The translations under genes and the position numbers were made by a program. A stretch of 64,000 bases of DNA from an uncultured Phycisphaeraceae bacterium (GTDB lineage Bacteria > Planctomycetota > Phycisphaerae > Phycisphaerales > Phycisphaeraceae): assembly GCA_964625505.1 (NCBI GenBank), contig CAZVBW010000001.1, positions 8,542 to 72,541 of the forward strand, in the 5' to 3' direction. Below are positions 10,701 to 18,286 of the stretch, in pieces (within the stretch, counting starts at the first letter, position 1; every line of letters begins with the position of its first letter). The notes beneath the pieces are model-generated. The model was not told the origin of the DNA. It ran no database searches and worked only from the letters and a program-made list of their open reading frames with translations.

Positions 10701-10879
10701 GTCGTGACGCCCGAGCCCAGGCGGACCGCGTCGTCGGCGAAGTCGCCGTAGGCGTGGCCCGCGGGCTGGTCCAGGCGGATCACGTCCGCCGAACCGGCCA
10801 CGGCGGGGAGGGTCAGCAGGCCGATCAGCCCCATCAGGCAGACGACGCGGTGCAGCGGTACGGTCATGGTGATGCTCAC
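7757..10879 (-). CDS. GH9-like glycoside hydrolase with CelD_N-type Ig domain and a long N-terminal extension
   Basis: A signal peptide follows MTVPLHRVVCLMGLIGLLTLPAVAGS (ATG at comp. 10867 or GTG at 10879). The GGYMDAGDWDRRSQH motif resembles DAGD of GH9. The C-terminus contains ...GANPMNITLTTGVGHEGP... and ...MNEYTI.... It is a paralog of 28867-31347. Confidence 0.7.
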   Translation of the reverse strand: MSITMTVPLHRVVCLMGLIGLLTLPAVAGSADVIRLDQPAGHAYGDFADDAVRLGSGVTTIRASGARGGVRFDQVPDLAGAAERVPVLEVRTMPGHQAQAIRVFFADGDGTRAVYTYPLAEATGDGFTRVVPQNPLTLGEHGGLDLASIEQVQLQGDWRRRPVHVQARAVHLVAQDQEMADAVAAQRQREQRRAQRQAQQQQDQARARETLLRDGVPADPQGPRVVHVGAVDRDILGIELEAGRTEHLAPVAYQPQPGDVIEPTNNRQVLARFGEQVRIGPKGQRLLRDTDGDGRAETLGFIIQPAGSDQRLLVQDRFVGSRLVTESVDAPQAYRVVSDDDERFADGVVPTAVHCKSRPIERGDVQAAEHHQVMEHKLYLALPHDMREGATYRVVFHGINAAVDHVDYTHRPEQSRSEAVHASHIGYRPGDPFKRAYLSLWLGTGGAHAFDEVDTFQLIDDAGNAVYTGQVRLGFAADQPEALKQSKNYAHTHVYWMDFHDFDQPGTYRVLVPGIGTSYRFQIADRGTWSDAFRTSMHGFLSHRSGIELGRPFTEYVRPRNMHPDDVPVYRSGRTRLEGEAGAINVGLREQLQIDGEQPIDVSGLTLHPDAWGGYMDAGDWDRRSQHMEASFAHMELLDLFPEFFEGFALALPPDEAENGLPDLLDEALFGIDLYRRLQEDHGGVGGGVESTGHPRDGEASWQETLLIAAFDPDPVSSYIYAANAARAARLLKAYDPDLAATYRASTVRAFDWAQANGGAELARYEARMDTGGRFRPERARRELTEARLDASVELYRLTREARYHDAFREQADAAIDAAPRNIDGLFAYAMLPDDLADPQLRQRARDALVALADVALEFQQGNAFGLASLAPSLPPIGYVAYWSAPEMVVGPILPRAYVLTGDVRYLRGALAAAHYTAGANPMNITLTTGVGHEGPTGVLHIDSRASGQPFPDGITVYGQTDPGWPTRNTDWAHQWHLRNMVPDSRDWPGHEAYVGINKWAAMNEYTITQTLRPTSYYWGFLAARPADAGPTADGRARAE

Positions 10880-10915
10880 GGGCTTGGACGATGCGTGGCG
10901 GGCTTGGACGCCTTG

Positions 10916-10986
10916 GCGAAACGGTTCGCGGTTGCACGCCCCGCCGAACAGCGTAGACTTAGCGAAACGTTTTGCAACCCCCGAGC
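10916..10986. promoter_or_regulatory. Two LacI-type operator-like near-palindromes in the divergent GH9-like/LacI intergenic region
   Basis: GCGAAACGGTTCGC lies at 10916-10929 and GCGAAACGTTTTGC at 10972-10985. Both are built around a central AAACG.TT core like LacI/CcpA-family sites. Confidence 0.4.
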
Positions 10987-11008
10987 GTATTCAAATGCGA
11001 GTGACCCC

Positions 11009-12112
11009 GTGCCGACCCTGATCGATGTGGCTAAGCGCGCTCAGGTGAGCGTCTCCACCGCGTCGGTGGTCCTGAACCCCGGTTCGCAGGCCAAACGTGT
11101 CAGCGCGCAGAAGGCCCGGCAGGTCCAGCAGGCGGCGCGGGAGCTGGGCTACATCCCCAACTACCACGCCCAGGCCATGAAGCGCGGCCGAGCCCAGGTC
11201 AGCGGGATCGTCTTCGAGGTCCCCGGCCGGCACGGGCCGCTGCAGAGCCCGCTGAGCAGCCCGTACTGGGGGACGCTGGTGGGCGGGATCGAGGCGGCGA
11301 TGCGGCGGGCCGGCTCGGCGGCGATGGTCGTGGGCCCCGACACGCATCGGTCGGCGACGGTGCGGGCGGTCGATGCGCTGCAGCAGCGGCAGCTGGACGG
11401 CGCGGTCCTGCTGGGGGCGGTGCTCAAAGCCGACGAGCCAGCGGTGATGGACCCGCCGATGCTGCCGATGGTGGTCGCGGATGCAACGCTCGATACGCCG
11501 CTGCCACGGGTCAGCTGGGACGAGCGGCGGGCGGTGCAGCTGGCGGTCGACCACCTCGCCCAACTGGGCCATCGCCGGCTGCTCTGGGTCCAGCCCTTGT
11601 CGCGGCAGGGCGTGCCGGAGCGTCGCCAGCGGGTCTTCGTCGAGGCGGCGCGGGCGGCGGGCCTGCGGGTCCGGGAGCTGGTGGTCCCGTACGTTCCGAG
11701 CACACAAAGCGGCGACCCGATCGCGCAGCTGCTCTGCGACGTGGAGCAAGCGGTCGTCCGGGGGTGGGCCGATTGGCGGCGGGCGGGCCCCGACGACCTG
11801 CCCACCGCCGTGGCCGGGTTCAACGACGTGACCGGCATCGGGGTGCTGCGGGCGCTGGCGGCCCTGGGGCTGAGCTGCCCGCGGCAGGTGTCGGTGCTGA
11901 GCTTCGACAACTTCCAGGCCGCGCTCGCCTGGCCGCAGCTGACCGCGGTGGACCACACGCTGGTGGACATCGGCCGGGCGTCGGTCGAGCTGCTGCACGA
12001 GCTCATCGACGGCGGCGAACCGGCGATCCGCGAGCACCGCGGCTACCGCCGGGACCTCGAGCCCACGCTGATCGTCCGCCAAAGCACCGGCCCCGCCCCG
12101 GAGCAGACCTGA
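11009..12112 (+). CDS. LacI family transcriptional regulator
   Basis: From the GTG start the protein reads VPTLIDVAKRAQVSVSTASVVLNPGSQAKRVSAQKARQVQQAARELGYIPNYHAQAMKRG, a LacI HTH. The upstream part of ORF 10139-12112 is antisense to the GH9-like gene and is rejected. Confidence 0.85.
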   Translation: MPTLIDVAKRAQVSVSTASVVLNPGSQAKRVSAQKARQVQQAARELGYIPNYHAQAMKRGRAQVSGIVFEVPGRHGPLQSPLSSPYWGTLVGGIEAAMRRAGSAAMVVGPDTHRSATVRAVDALQQRQLDGAVLLGAVLKADEPAVMDPPMLPMVVADATLDTPLPRVSWDERRAVQLAVDHLAQLGHRRLLWVQPLSRQGVPERRQRVFVEAARAAGLRVRELVVPYVPSTQSGDPIAQLLCDVEQAVVRGWADWRRAGPDDLPTAVAGFNDVTGIGVLRALAALGLSCPRQVSVLSFDNFQAALAWPQLTAVDHTLVDIGRASVELLHELIDGGEPAIREHRGYRRDLEPTLIVRQSTGPAPEQT

Positions 12113-13128
12113 TGCCCGACCCGCCCAACCCATCAATCGACCCCGTCCAAGCCCGCGCCGTGGTCGACCGCGGCGACGCGTCGCTGCGCCTGGAGCCGGT
12201 GACGCTGCGGGCCCTGGAGCCCGGCGAGGTGCGTGTCCGGCACACGCTCTCGTGTGTCAGCCCCGGCACCGAACTGCGGGTCCACGATCAGCACCGCGGC
12301 GACCCCGCCCCGACCGTGCCCGGCTACGCCCGCGTCGGGCAGGTCGAGGCCGTCCACGGCGACGCCCCGCTGCAACCCGGCGACCGCGTGATCGTCACTA
12401 AGAGCCTCGACTACGGCGGGCTCACCGCGCACTGGGGCGCCCACATCAGCCACTCGATCTGCACGTCGGCGACCGTGCTGCGGGTCCCCGACACGGTCAG
12501 CGACCGCGACGCGGTCCTCGCCCGGCTGTCCGCGATCCCGTTTCACGGCTGGCGGCTGATCGACCCGCAGCCGGGCACGACCGTCGCAATCGTCGGCCTG
12601 GGCGCGATCGGGATGCCCGCCGCCAAGTTCTTCGCCGACAGCGGCTGCCCAATGCTGGCCCTGGACCGCTCGGCCCAGCGGGTGGAGGCCGCCCGGGCCT
12701 GGGGCATCGACGCCGAGGTCGGCAACGGGCCGATCGGTGACCAGGTCAAACGACGCATGCCCGAGGGCGTGGACGTGCTGGTCGACGCGACCGGGGTGCC
12801 GGCGGTCGCGGCGGGCGCGGGCCTGGCGATTCGGATGCCCGCATGGCACGAGCCCAACGCCCGACCGGTGCGTTATCTCGTGCAGGGCAGCTACGCCGAC
12901 ACGCTGCCGCTGCCATACCAGGACCTGTTCATGCGTGAGGCGCACGTGATCTTCTCGCGCGACTGGGAACCGCAAGACCTGCGGCTGCTCCTGGAGCGGA
13001 TGGCCGACGGCGGCCTGAGTTTCGACCCGCTACCAACACACAACCTGTCGCCCGATGACGCGGATCAAGCGTATGACTTGTTACGCAAGGCGCAGACGCC
13101 GCTGACCGTGATATTTGACTGGGAATGA
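12112..13128 (+). CDS. MDR-superfamily (alcohol-dehydrogenase-like) oxidoreductase
   Basis: The ATG shares one base (12112) with the LacI stop in the sequence TGATG. The sequence includes MPDPPNPSIDPVQARAVVDRGD...LEPGEVRVRHTLSCVSPGTE...VAIVGLGAIGMPAAKF. This gives a GroES-like plus Rossmann architecture, and the classic GHE zinc motif is not evident. Confidence 0.7.
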   Translation: MPDPPNPSIDPVQARAVVDRGDASLRLEPVTLRALEPGEVRVRHTLSCVSPGTELRVHDQHRGDPAPTVPGYARVGQVEAVHGDAPLQPGDRVIVTKSLDYGGLTAHWGAHISHSICTSATVLRVPDTVSDRDAVLARLSAIPFHGWRLIDPQPGTTVAIVGLGAIGMPAAKFFADSGCPMLALDRSAQRVEAARAWGIDAEVGNGPIGDQVKRRMPEGVDVLVDATGVPAVAAGAGLAIRMPAWHEPNARPVRYLVQGSYADTLPLPYQDLFMREAHVIFSRDWEPQDLRLLLERMADGGLSFDPLPTHNLSPDDADQAYDLLRKAQTPLTVIFDWE

Positions 13129-13138
13129 CGAAGTCCGC

Positions 13139-14674
13139 ATGCCCGACACGCAACGCCCCAACATCCTGCTGATCTGCTCGGATGAGTACCGCGGCGACAT
13201 GATCGCCTGCAACGGACAGAACCCCGACATCCGCACACCACACATCGACGGCCTGGCCGCCCGCGGCGTCAACTTCCGCCAGCACTTTTGCAGCTTCCCC
13301 AAGTGCGTGCCCTCCCGCGTGAGCATGATGACCGGCCGGTACACCCACACCGACGGGTACCGCAACATCCACCAGCTGATGCCCCACGGCACTCCCGACC
13401 TCGCGTCGACGCTGCAAAATCACGGCTACGAGCTCATCGAGTTGGGACGCAACCACTGCTGGGAGCACATGCTCGCGGCGAGCCACGACCCGCCGACGCT
13501 CCAGCCGGGCCAGCGGGGCATCGCGTTTGATCACCACGCCTGGACCGCGCCGTTCAAGCCGATCTGGGAGAAGCACCTCGCCGAGCATCGGCAGCTCACC
13601 GAGCAACACCTCGAGGGGCTGGAGCGTGGCGAAGGGTTCGTGCGGTGTGACAATCAGAAGTGGGGTCCCGACTTGGCGATCACCGAACAAGTCGAGCACT
13701 TTCTTGAACACGTGCGGGAACCGGATCGACCGTTTTTCTGCCAGCTGAACTATGGCAATCCGCACCCGGGTTATGAAGTCGACCAGCCGTGGTTCTCGAT
13801 GTACGACACCGACGGGCTCACGCCGCTGCCCCGCAACGTGCCCGACGACGCGCCCTACTGCGTCACGCAGCAGCGGGCTGTCCGGACCGGCGACGCCCCG
13901 GAGGGCCTGTTCCGCGCGGTGCAGACCACGTACATGGGCATGTGCAGCCGGATCGATCAACTGGTCGGCCGGGTGCTCGCGGCCGTGGACCGGCTCGGCC
14001 TGGCCGACGACACGGTCGTGATCTTCACCAGTGACCACGGCGACTACGCCGGGCAGTACGGCCTGGTCGAGAAGTGGGACACGCACTTCGCCGACTGCCT
14101 GATGCAGGTCCCGATGGTTATCGCCGGCCCGGGCCTGGACCGCGGGACCACCGTCGAGTCGCTCACCAGCCACGTCGACCTCGCCCCGACGCTCTGCGAG
14201 CTGGTCGGCATCGACCCGTTCGCCGGGGTTCACGGCACGTCCCTGCTGCCCACGCTCGGCGGCGAGCGGGTCCGCGACGCAGTCTTCGGCGACGGCGGCC
14301 ACGAACCGGAAATGCGCCGACGCTTCAACCACTACGACGGCCAACACCCCACGCCCGCCGCCACGCCCGACCACTTCAAGCCCCGCCCCGACCGCAAGGC
14401 CGGCCAGGGCAACGGCAAGCAGGAGACCTACCGCCTGTTCCCGGACACCATGGCCCGGGCCAAGATGGTCCGCACCGACCGCTGGAAGTACGTCCACCGT
14501 CAGACCGGCGACCACGAGCTGTACGACCTCCACGCCGACCGCTGGGAACTGCACAACCTCTTCCCCACACGCCCCGCCGGCGACCCGGTCATCAACGACC
14601 TGCGGTCCCGCCTGCTGGACTGGTCCCTCGCGACCGATACCGATCGACCGCATCAGGAGAAGGTCGGCGCATGA
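13139..14674 (+). CDS. Sulfatase (Cys-type, formylglycine-dependent)
   Basis: PNILLICSDEYRGD is followed by the CxPSR signature in CVPSRVSMMTGRYTH. The length is about 510 aa. Confidence 0.9.
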   Translation: MPDTQRPNILLICSDEYRGDMIACNGQNPDIRTPHIDGLAARGVNFRQHFCSFPKCVPSRVSMMTGRYTHTDGYRNIHQLMPHGTPDLASTLQNHGYELIELGRNHCWEHMLAASHDPPTLQPGQRGIAFDHHAWTAPFKPIWEKHLAEHRQLTEQHLEGLERGEGFVRCDNQKWGPDLAITEQVEHFLEHVREPDRPFFCQLNYGNPHPGYEVDQPWFSMYDTDGLTPLPRNVPDDAPYCVTQQRAVRTGDAPEGLFRAVQTTYMGMCSRIDQLVGRVLAAVDRLGLADDTVVIFTSDHGDYAGQYGLVEKWDTHFADCLMQVPMVIAGPGLDRGTTVESLTSHVDLAPTLCELVGIDPFAGVHGTSLLPTLGGERVRDAVFGDGGHEPEMRRRFNHYDGQHPTPAATPDHFKPRPDRKAGQGNGKQETYRLFPDTMARAKMVRTDRWKYVHRQTGDHELYDLHADRWELHNLFPTRPAGDPVINDLRSRLLDWSLATDTDRPHQEKVGA

Positions 14675-14726
14675 GCCCAACCCACCGCCCCACCGCCCCA
14701 CTGCACCATCGGCCCGCCGGGGCCCC

Positions 14727-15200
14727 TTGACCCGACGCACCTTCCTCCAGGCCTCGGCCGCCGGGCTCGCGACCGCCTGGGCCTCGCCGCTTTTGGCCCA
14801 GGACCAGCCGGCCACGATAAGCGGACCCGCCGCCACGCCCGCCACCGGCCCCGCACCACCCAACATCCTGTTCATCCTCGCCGACGACCTCGGCTACGTC
14901 GGCCTGGGGTGCTTCACCCTCGCCGAGTCGCTCCGCCACGCCGGCTACCGCACCGCCTGCGTCGGCAAGTGGCACCTGTCCGCCTGGACCGACGGCTATT
15001 ACGACATGCTCTTCGAGCAGCACCGCGACGCCCACGGCTTCGACGTCGCCCGGCCCACCTACGACCGCCGACACCAGACCAGCGGCCGGTCCGCCGACAA
15101 AGGCGTCACCGAACACACCGACGCCGCCATCGACTTCATCAGTGACCACGCCCAGGGCCCGCCGTGGTTCTGCTACCTCGCCTACCAGCCGGTCCGCGGC
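14727..15200 (+). pseudogene. Sulfatase remnant: Tat signal plus N-terminal sulfatase fragment, with the CxPSR active-site segment and the C-terminal half missing
   Basis: The sequence is MTRRTFLQASAAGLATAWASPLLAQ...PNILFILADDLGYVGLGCF|TLAESLRHAGYRTACVGKWHL...PWFCYLAYQPV. The roughly 50 residues normally carrying C-x-P-S-R between LGC and the AGY..GKWH block are absent. Recognisable similarity ends near 15195. The rest of the ORF (to 15542) is Arg/Pro-rich and overlaps the convergent IclR gene. Confidence 0.55.
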
Positions 15201-15261
15201 CATCGGCGGGCGCGCCGCTTCGGGACCGAGACCGGGGGCCTCGGCACAAATCATCGACGAT

Positions 15262-16032
15262 TCAGGTTCGCGGCGTGGCCCGACGCAGCGCCGCCTCCAA
15301 CGCCTCGGCGGCATCGACGACCGCACCCGCTAAAGCCTCGGCGTCGAAATCGCCGGGCGACATCACCCGGTACGCCCCGATGGCCCCTGCGAACCGATTC
15401 AGCGGGTCGAAGATCGGGGCGGTCACCGCGAACAGGTCCGGTGCCAGCGGCGGTGGCAGGACGTAGCCCCGCTCCCGCGACAGCTCGAGGAAGCTCTCCA
15501 GATCATCCAGCGAGTCCCAGTACTGGCTGCCGTACTGGTTGAACGGATAGCGGTGACGCAGGTCCGCCACCGTGCCCTTGTTGGCGAACGCCTGCAGGGC
15601 CAGGCTGGATGCCTTGGCGTAGGGGTGCATGATCTCGACGTGCGGCCGTTGCACCAGGTCCGGCCGGGACGATTCAATCCGGGCCATCGAGTGCATCACC
15701 CCGTCGACCGGCTGCGTGAACGAGACGCCACAGCTCGGTAGATCACGCTGCAGTTCTTTAAGGGTGCTCACCGCCCGCGACAGGATGGATCGTTGCCCCT
15801 GGAGCTCCAGCATCGCCGCCACCGCCGGGCCGAGGACGTATCGCCCGCGGTCTTCGGCGGGCCGCACGAACCGCTTGGACGCCAAGGTCCGCATCAGATT
15901 GTGCACCGTCGAGCGATTGAGCCGAAGCTCGACCGCCACCTCCCGCGGCGTCAAACCCTCACCTGACCCGGCGAGCACCTCCATCACATCTAGCGCCCGG
16001 ATCACCGACTGAACCAGTTCGCTACGGGGCAT
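15262..16032 (-). CDS. IclR family transcriptional regulator
   Basis: The N-terminus is a winged HTH, VQSVIRALDVMEVLAGSGEGLTPREVAVELRLNRSTVHNLMRTLASKRFV. An IclR-type effector domain follows. Confidence 0.85.
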   Translation of the reverse strand: MPRSELVQSVIRALDVMEVLAGSGEGLTPREVAVELRLNRSTVHNLMRTLASKRFVRPAEDRGRYVLGPAVAAMLELQGQRSILSRAVSTLKELQRDLPSCGVSFTQPVDGVMHSMARIESSRPDLVQRPHVEIMHPYAKASSLALQAFANKGTVADLRHRYPFNQYGSQYWDSLDDLESFLELSRERGYVLPPPLAPDLFAVTAPIFDPLNRFAGAIGAYRVMSPGDFDAEALAGAVVDAAEALEAALRRATPRT

Positions 16033-16149
16033 ATGACATCAATGATAACGCTTCCGGACGGCTTTTCCGCATTCTTCCGGCTGTGCTCGCAATTCTCGAT
16101 ACTAGATACGCCGGACGCGTCTATTTTGGAACTGGCGTCAGCCCTTTCG

Positions 16150-16165
16150 CGGAGCACGTGCTCCG
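16150..16165. promoter_or_regulatory. 16-nt perfect palindrome CGGAGCACGTGCTCCG upstream of a PEP-CTERM gene and divergent from IclR
   Basis: The palindrome is perfect in the sequence. Its core GCACGTGCTC recurs at 27104-27113 upstream of another PEP-CTERM gene. Confidence 0.35.
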
Positions 16166-16228
16166 GCAGTCATCCTGGATGACCCCTGCTGAACCGTCAC
16201 CTTGCCCCGCCTTCTCAGGAGAACCCTC

Positions 16229-17005
16229 ATGTCGATTCGCCTCAACACCCATCTGTTCGCTGCGGCCGCCACCACGGCGTTGTTCACCACCGGTGCCTCC
16301 GCCGCCGTCGTGACCAACCTCAGCGGTGCAACCGTCACCTCGCTCGACGTCGACCGCGGCAGCACCGTCTACAACTACGACACCTCGGAGTTGATCAACG
16401 TCGAACTCACGGCTTTCGGCGGCAATAGCTCCGGCAGCTCTGATCTCTACTTCGCCGTGCCCGATGGCAGCGACCTCACCGTCCCCGCCCCCGGGACGCG
16501 AGCTGGCCTCGTCGAAGACTTCGACCTCTCAACCGGCCTGCTCAACCTCAACGGGGCTTCCACCTTTAGCTTTGACTCTGCGGTCGTCAATGACACGGGT
16601 ACGGACATCGTGATCTACGACATCGGCGGCGGGGACGATGTCACCCTCAGCGTCCCCGGTGGGACGAGCACGATCGTGAACCCCACGTTCGTGGATGCGG
16701 GCGTGGGGAATGTCAGCTCGGTACTCCGCGGCCTGGCCGCAGACGCGGACACGCTGACCGAGTTGGAGACCATTGCAAAGAACGGTGCCACAACTGGCAA
16801 CAGCAACCCACGGGCCTATTACGAAGTGGACCTCAGCACCTTTGAGATTGCCGACGGCGCCTCGGTGAGCTCGATCACCCTCACGGGCGAAGGCAACATC
16901 GACCCCGTGCTGATCGTCGGCCTGCCCGCCATCCCCGAGCCTGCCTCGGTCGCGCTGCTGGGCCTGGGCGGCCTGTGCCTGCTCGGCCGGCGTCGCACGG
17001 CCTGA
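16229..17005 (+). CDS. PEP-CTERM sorting-domain secreted protein
   Basis: An AGGAGA RBS lies 6 nt before the ATG. The signal peptide is MSIRLNTHLFAAAATTALFTTGASA. The C-terminus is IPEPASVALLGLGGLCLLGRRRTA. Confidence 0.85.
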   Translation: MSIRLNTHLFAAAATTALFTTGASAAVVTNLSGATVTSLDVDRGSTVYNYDTSELINVELTAFGGNSSGSSDLYFAVPDGSDLTVPAPGTRAGLVEDFDLSTGLLNLNGASTFSFDSAVVNDTGTDIVIYDIGGGDDVTLSVPGGTSTIVNPTFVDAGVGNVSSVLRGLAADADTLTELETIAKNGATTGNSNPRAYYEVDLSTFEIADGASVSSITLTGEGNIDPVLIVGLPAIPEPASVALLGLGGLCLLGRRRTA

Positions 17006-17280
17006 TCGAGCGAGCCATCTCTCAACTCGCGATGATCGGCGGCCGTGACTGGCTGCCGATTTTTTCTAGCCTTCAGCCGGTAGCTGAACTCGCTGGTGGC
17101 AGCGGTCAGCGCCGTCAATTCAGTGCCCTGCTCCCGCTGCGTCAGCAGCACCAGCGTCCCGAGCATTTGCTCGTGCGCTCGCTCCCAACCTTCCGGGTCG
17201 CCGGGCAGGACCTGGCCGTCTTCGACATAACCGCGTGTATCACCGGGCAGCCACGTGCCGTATGTGGTGGCGGTTGTCAT
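16819..17280 (-). pseudogene. N-terminal fragment resembling an IS200/RAYT-type (Y1) transposase-like protein; the remainder is missing
   Basis: MTTATTYGTWLPGDTRGYVEDGQVLPGDP... resembles the T.YG.WLPGD.RG.V N-terminus seen in planctomycete Y1-transposase-like proteins (from memory). Similarity is lost after ...EFSYRLKA at an A-run (AGAAAAAAT). The open frame then overlaps the 3' end of the convergent PEP-CTERM gene by about 186 nt. Confidence 0.3.
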
Positions 17281-17401
17281 CGTTGCGAGCAGCCGCCGCA
17301 CCACACCCCCGTTCGCCCCGGGCTGTGCCTGGGGGTAGTTCGCGGCGCAGCCGCGAAAGATCTCGAGGCCACCCCGGGCCGAGCCCGGGGCTGAAGAGGC
17401 G

Positions 17402-18259
17402 TCAATCCACCGACTCGCCGCCCACCTCGATGTTGCCTTCCTCGATGTCCAGCTCGGCGGCGGTGGCGATCTTCTCAATTTGCCCGTCGCGGATGTAGAG
17501 CACTCGGTCGGAGTTGGCGAGCATCTTGTGGTCGTGGGTGGCGGTGATGATCGTCACGCCCTCGTCGACCGAGAGGTTTTTCATGATCTCGATGATCTCC
17601 GCGCCCGTGTGCAGGTCCAGGTTGGCGGTCGGCTCGTCGGCGAGGATGATCGTCGGGTCATTAACCAGGGCCCGGGCAATGGCGACGCGCTGCTGCTGGC
17701 CGCCGGACAGCTCGTCGGGGCGGTGGTCCAGGCGGTGGCCCAGCCCGACCTGCTCGAGCCGGCGGGTCGCGGCGGCGTCGGCCTCCTCCACGGTCAATCC
17801 CCGGAACACCGCGGGCAGCGAGACGTTCTTCACCGCCGTCAGCGACGGGATCAGGTTGTACGCCTGGAAGACGTACCCGATGTAGTTGCACCGCACGTAC
17901 GCCAGCTGCCGGGGCTTGAGCTTGGTCAGCTCCAGCGGGCCGATGGTGACGTTGCCTTCCGAGGGCTTATCGAGCGCACCGATGATGTTGAACAGCGTGG
18001 ACTTGCCGGACCCGGAGGGGCCCATGATCGAGAGGTATTCGCTGCGGAAGATGTCCAGGCCCACGTCCCGCAGGGCGTAGACCTTTTCCTTGCCCTTGAG
18101 CGTATAGATCTTCGAGACGCCGCGGACGGTGATGAGCCTGTCGCCACGGGCGATCTGCCCGGCCGCGCCGGTCGGGCCGCCCACGGGGGCGTCGATCGTG
18201 TCGCCGGCTGTCACGTCGGCGGGGCGGGCGGGGTCGGCGGTGGCGGCGGGCGTGGTCAT
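17402..18259 (-). CDS. ABC transporter ATP-binding protein (MacB/LolD/FtsE-like)
   Basis: The Walker A motif is GPSGSGKSTL, the signature is LSGGQQQRVAIARAL and the Walker B motif is IILADEPT. An N-terminal extension of about 50 aa is low complexity. No permease gene is adjacent. Confidence 0.9.
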   Translation of the reverse strand: MTTPAATADPARPADVTAGDTIDAPVGGPTGAAGQIARGDRLITVRGVSKIYTLKGKEKVYALRDVGLDIFRSEYLSIMGPSGSGKSTLFNIIGALDKPSEGNVTIGPLELTKLKPRQLAYVRCNYIGYVFQAYNLIPSLTAVKNVSLPAVFRGLTVEEADAAATRRLEQVGLGHRLDHRPDELSGGQQQRVAIARALVNDPTIILADEPTANLDLHTGAEIIEIMKNLSVDEGVTIITATHDHKMLANSDRVLYIRDGQIEKIATAAELDIEEGNIEVGGESVD

Positions 18260-18286
18260 GGGGGCATGAGGATACCGCGGCGGGCC

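Noticed and set aside
10139-11008. 5' extensions of ORF-track entries (for example 10139-11008 before LacI, 11764-12111, 27786-28040, 28582-28866, 34017-34136, 36000-36940 upstream of the FHA gene, 5765-6724)
   Set aside because: The extensions overlap neighbouring genes and are Arg/Pro-rich. They precede internal starts that have an RBS, a signal peptide or a family-typical N-terminus.
12929-14875. 648-aa minus-strand ORF covering the sulfatase gene
   Set aside because: It is antisense to a sulfatase with an intact CxPSR signature and has no recognisable motif.
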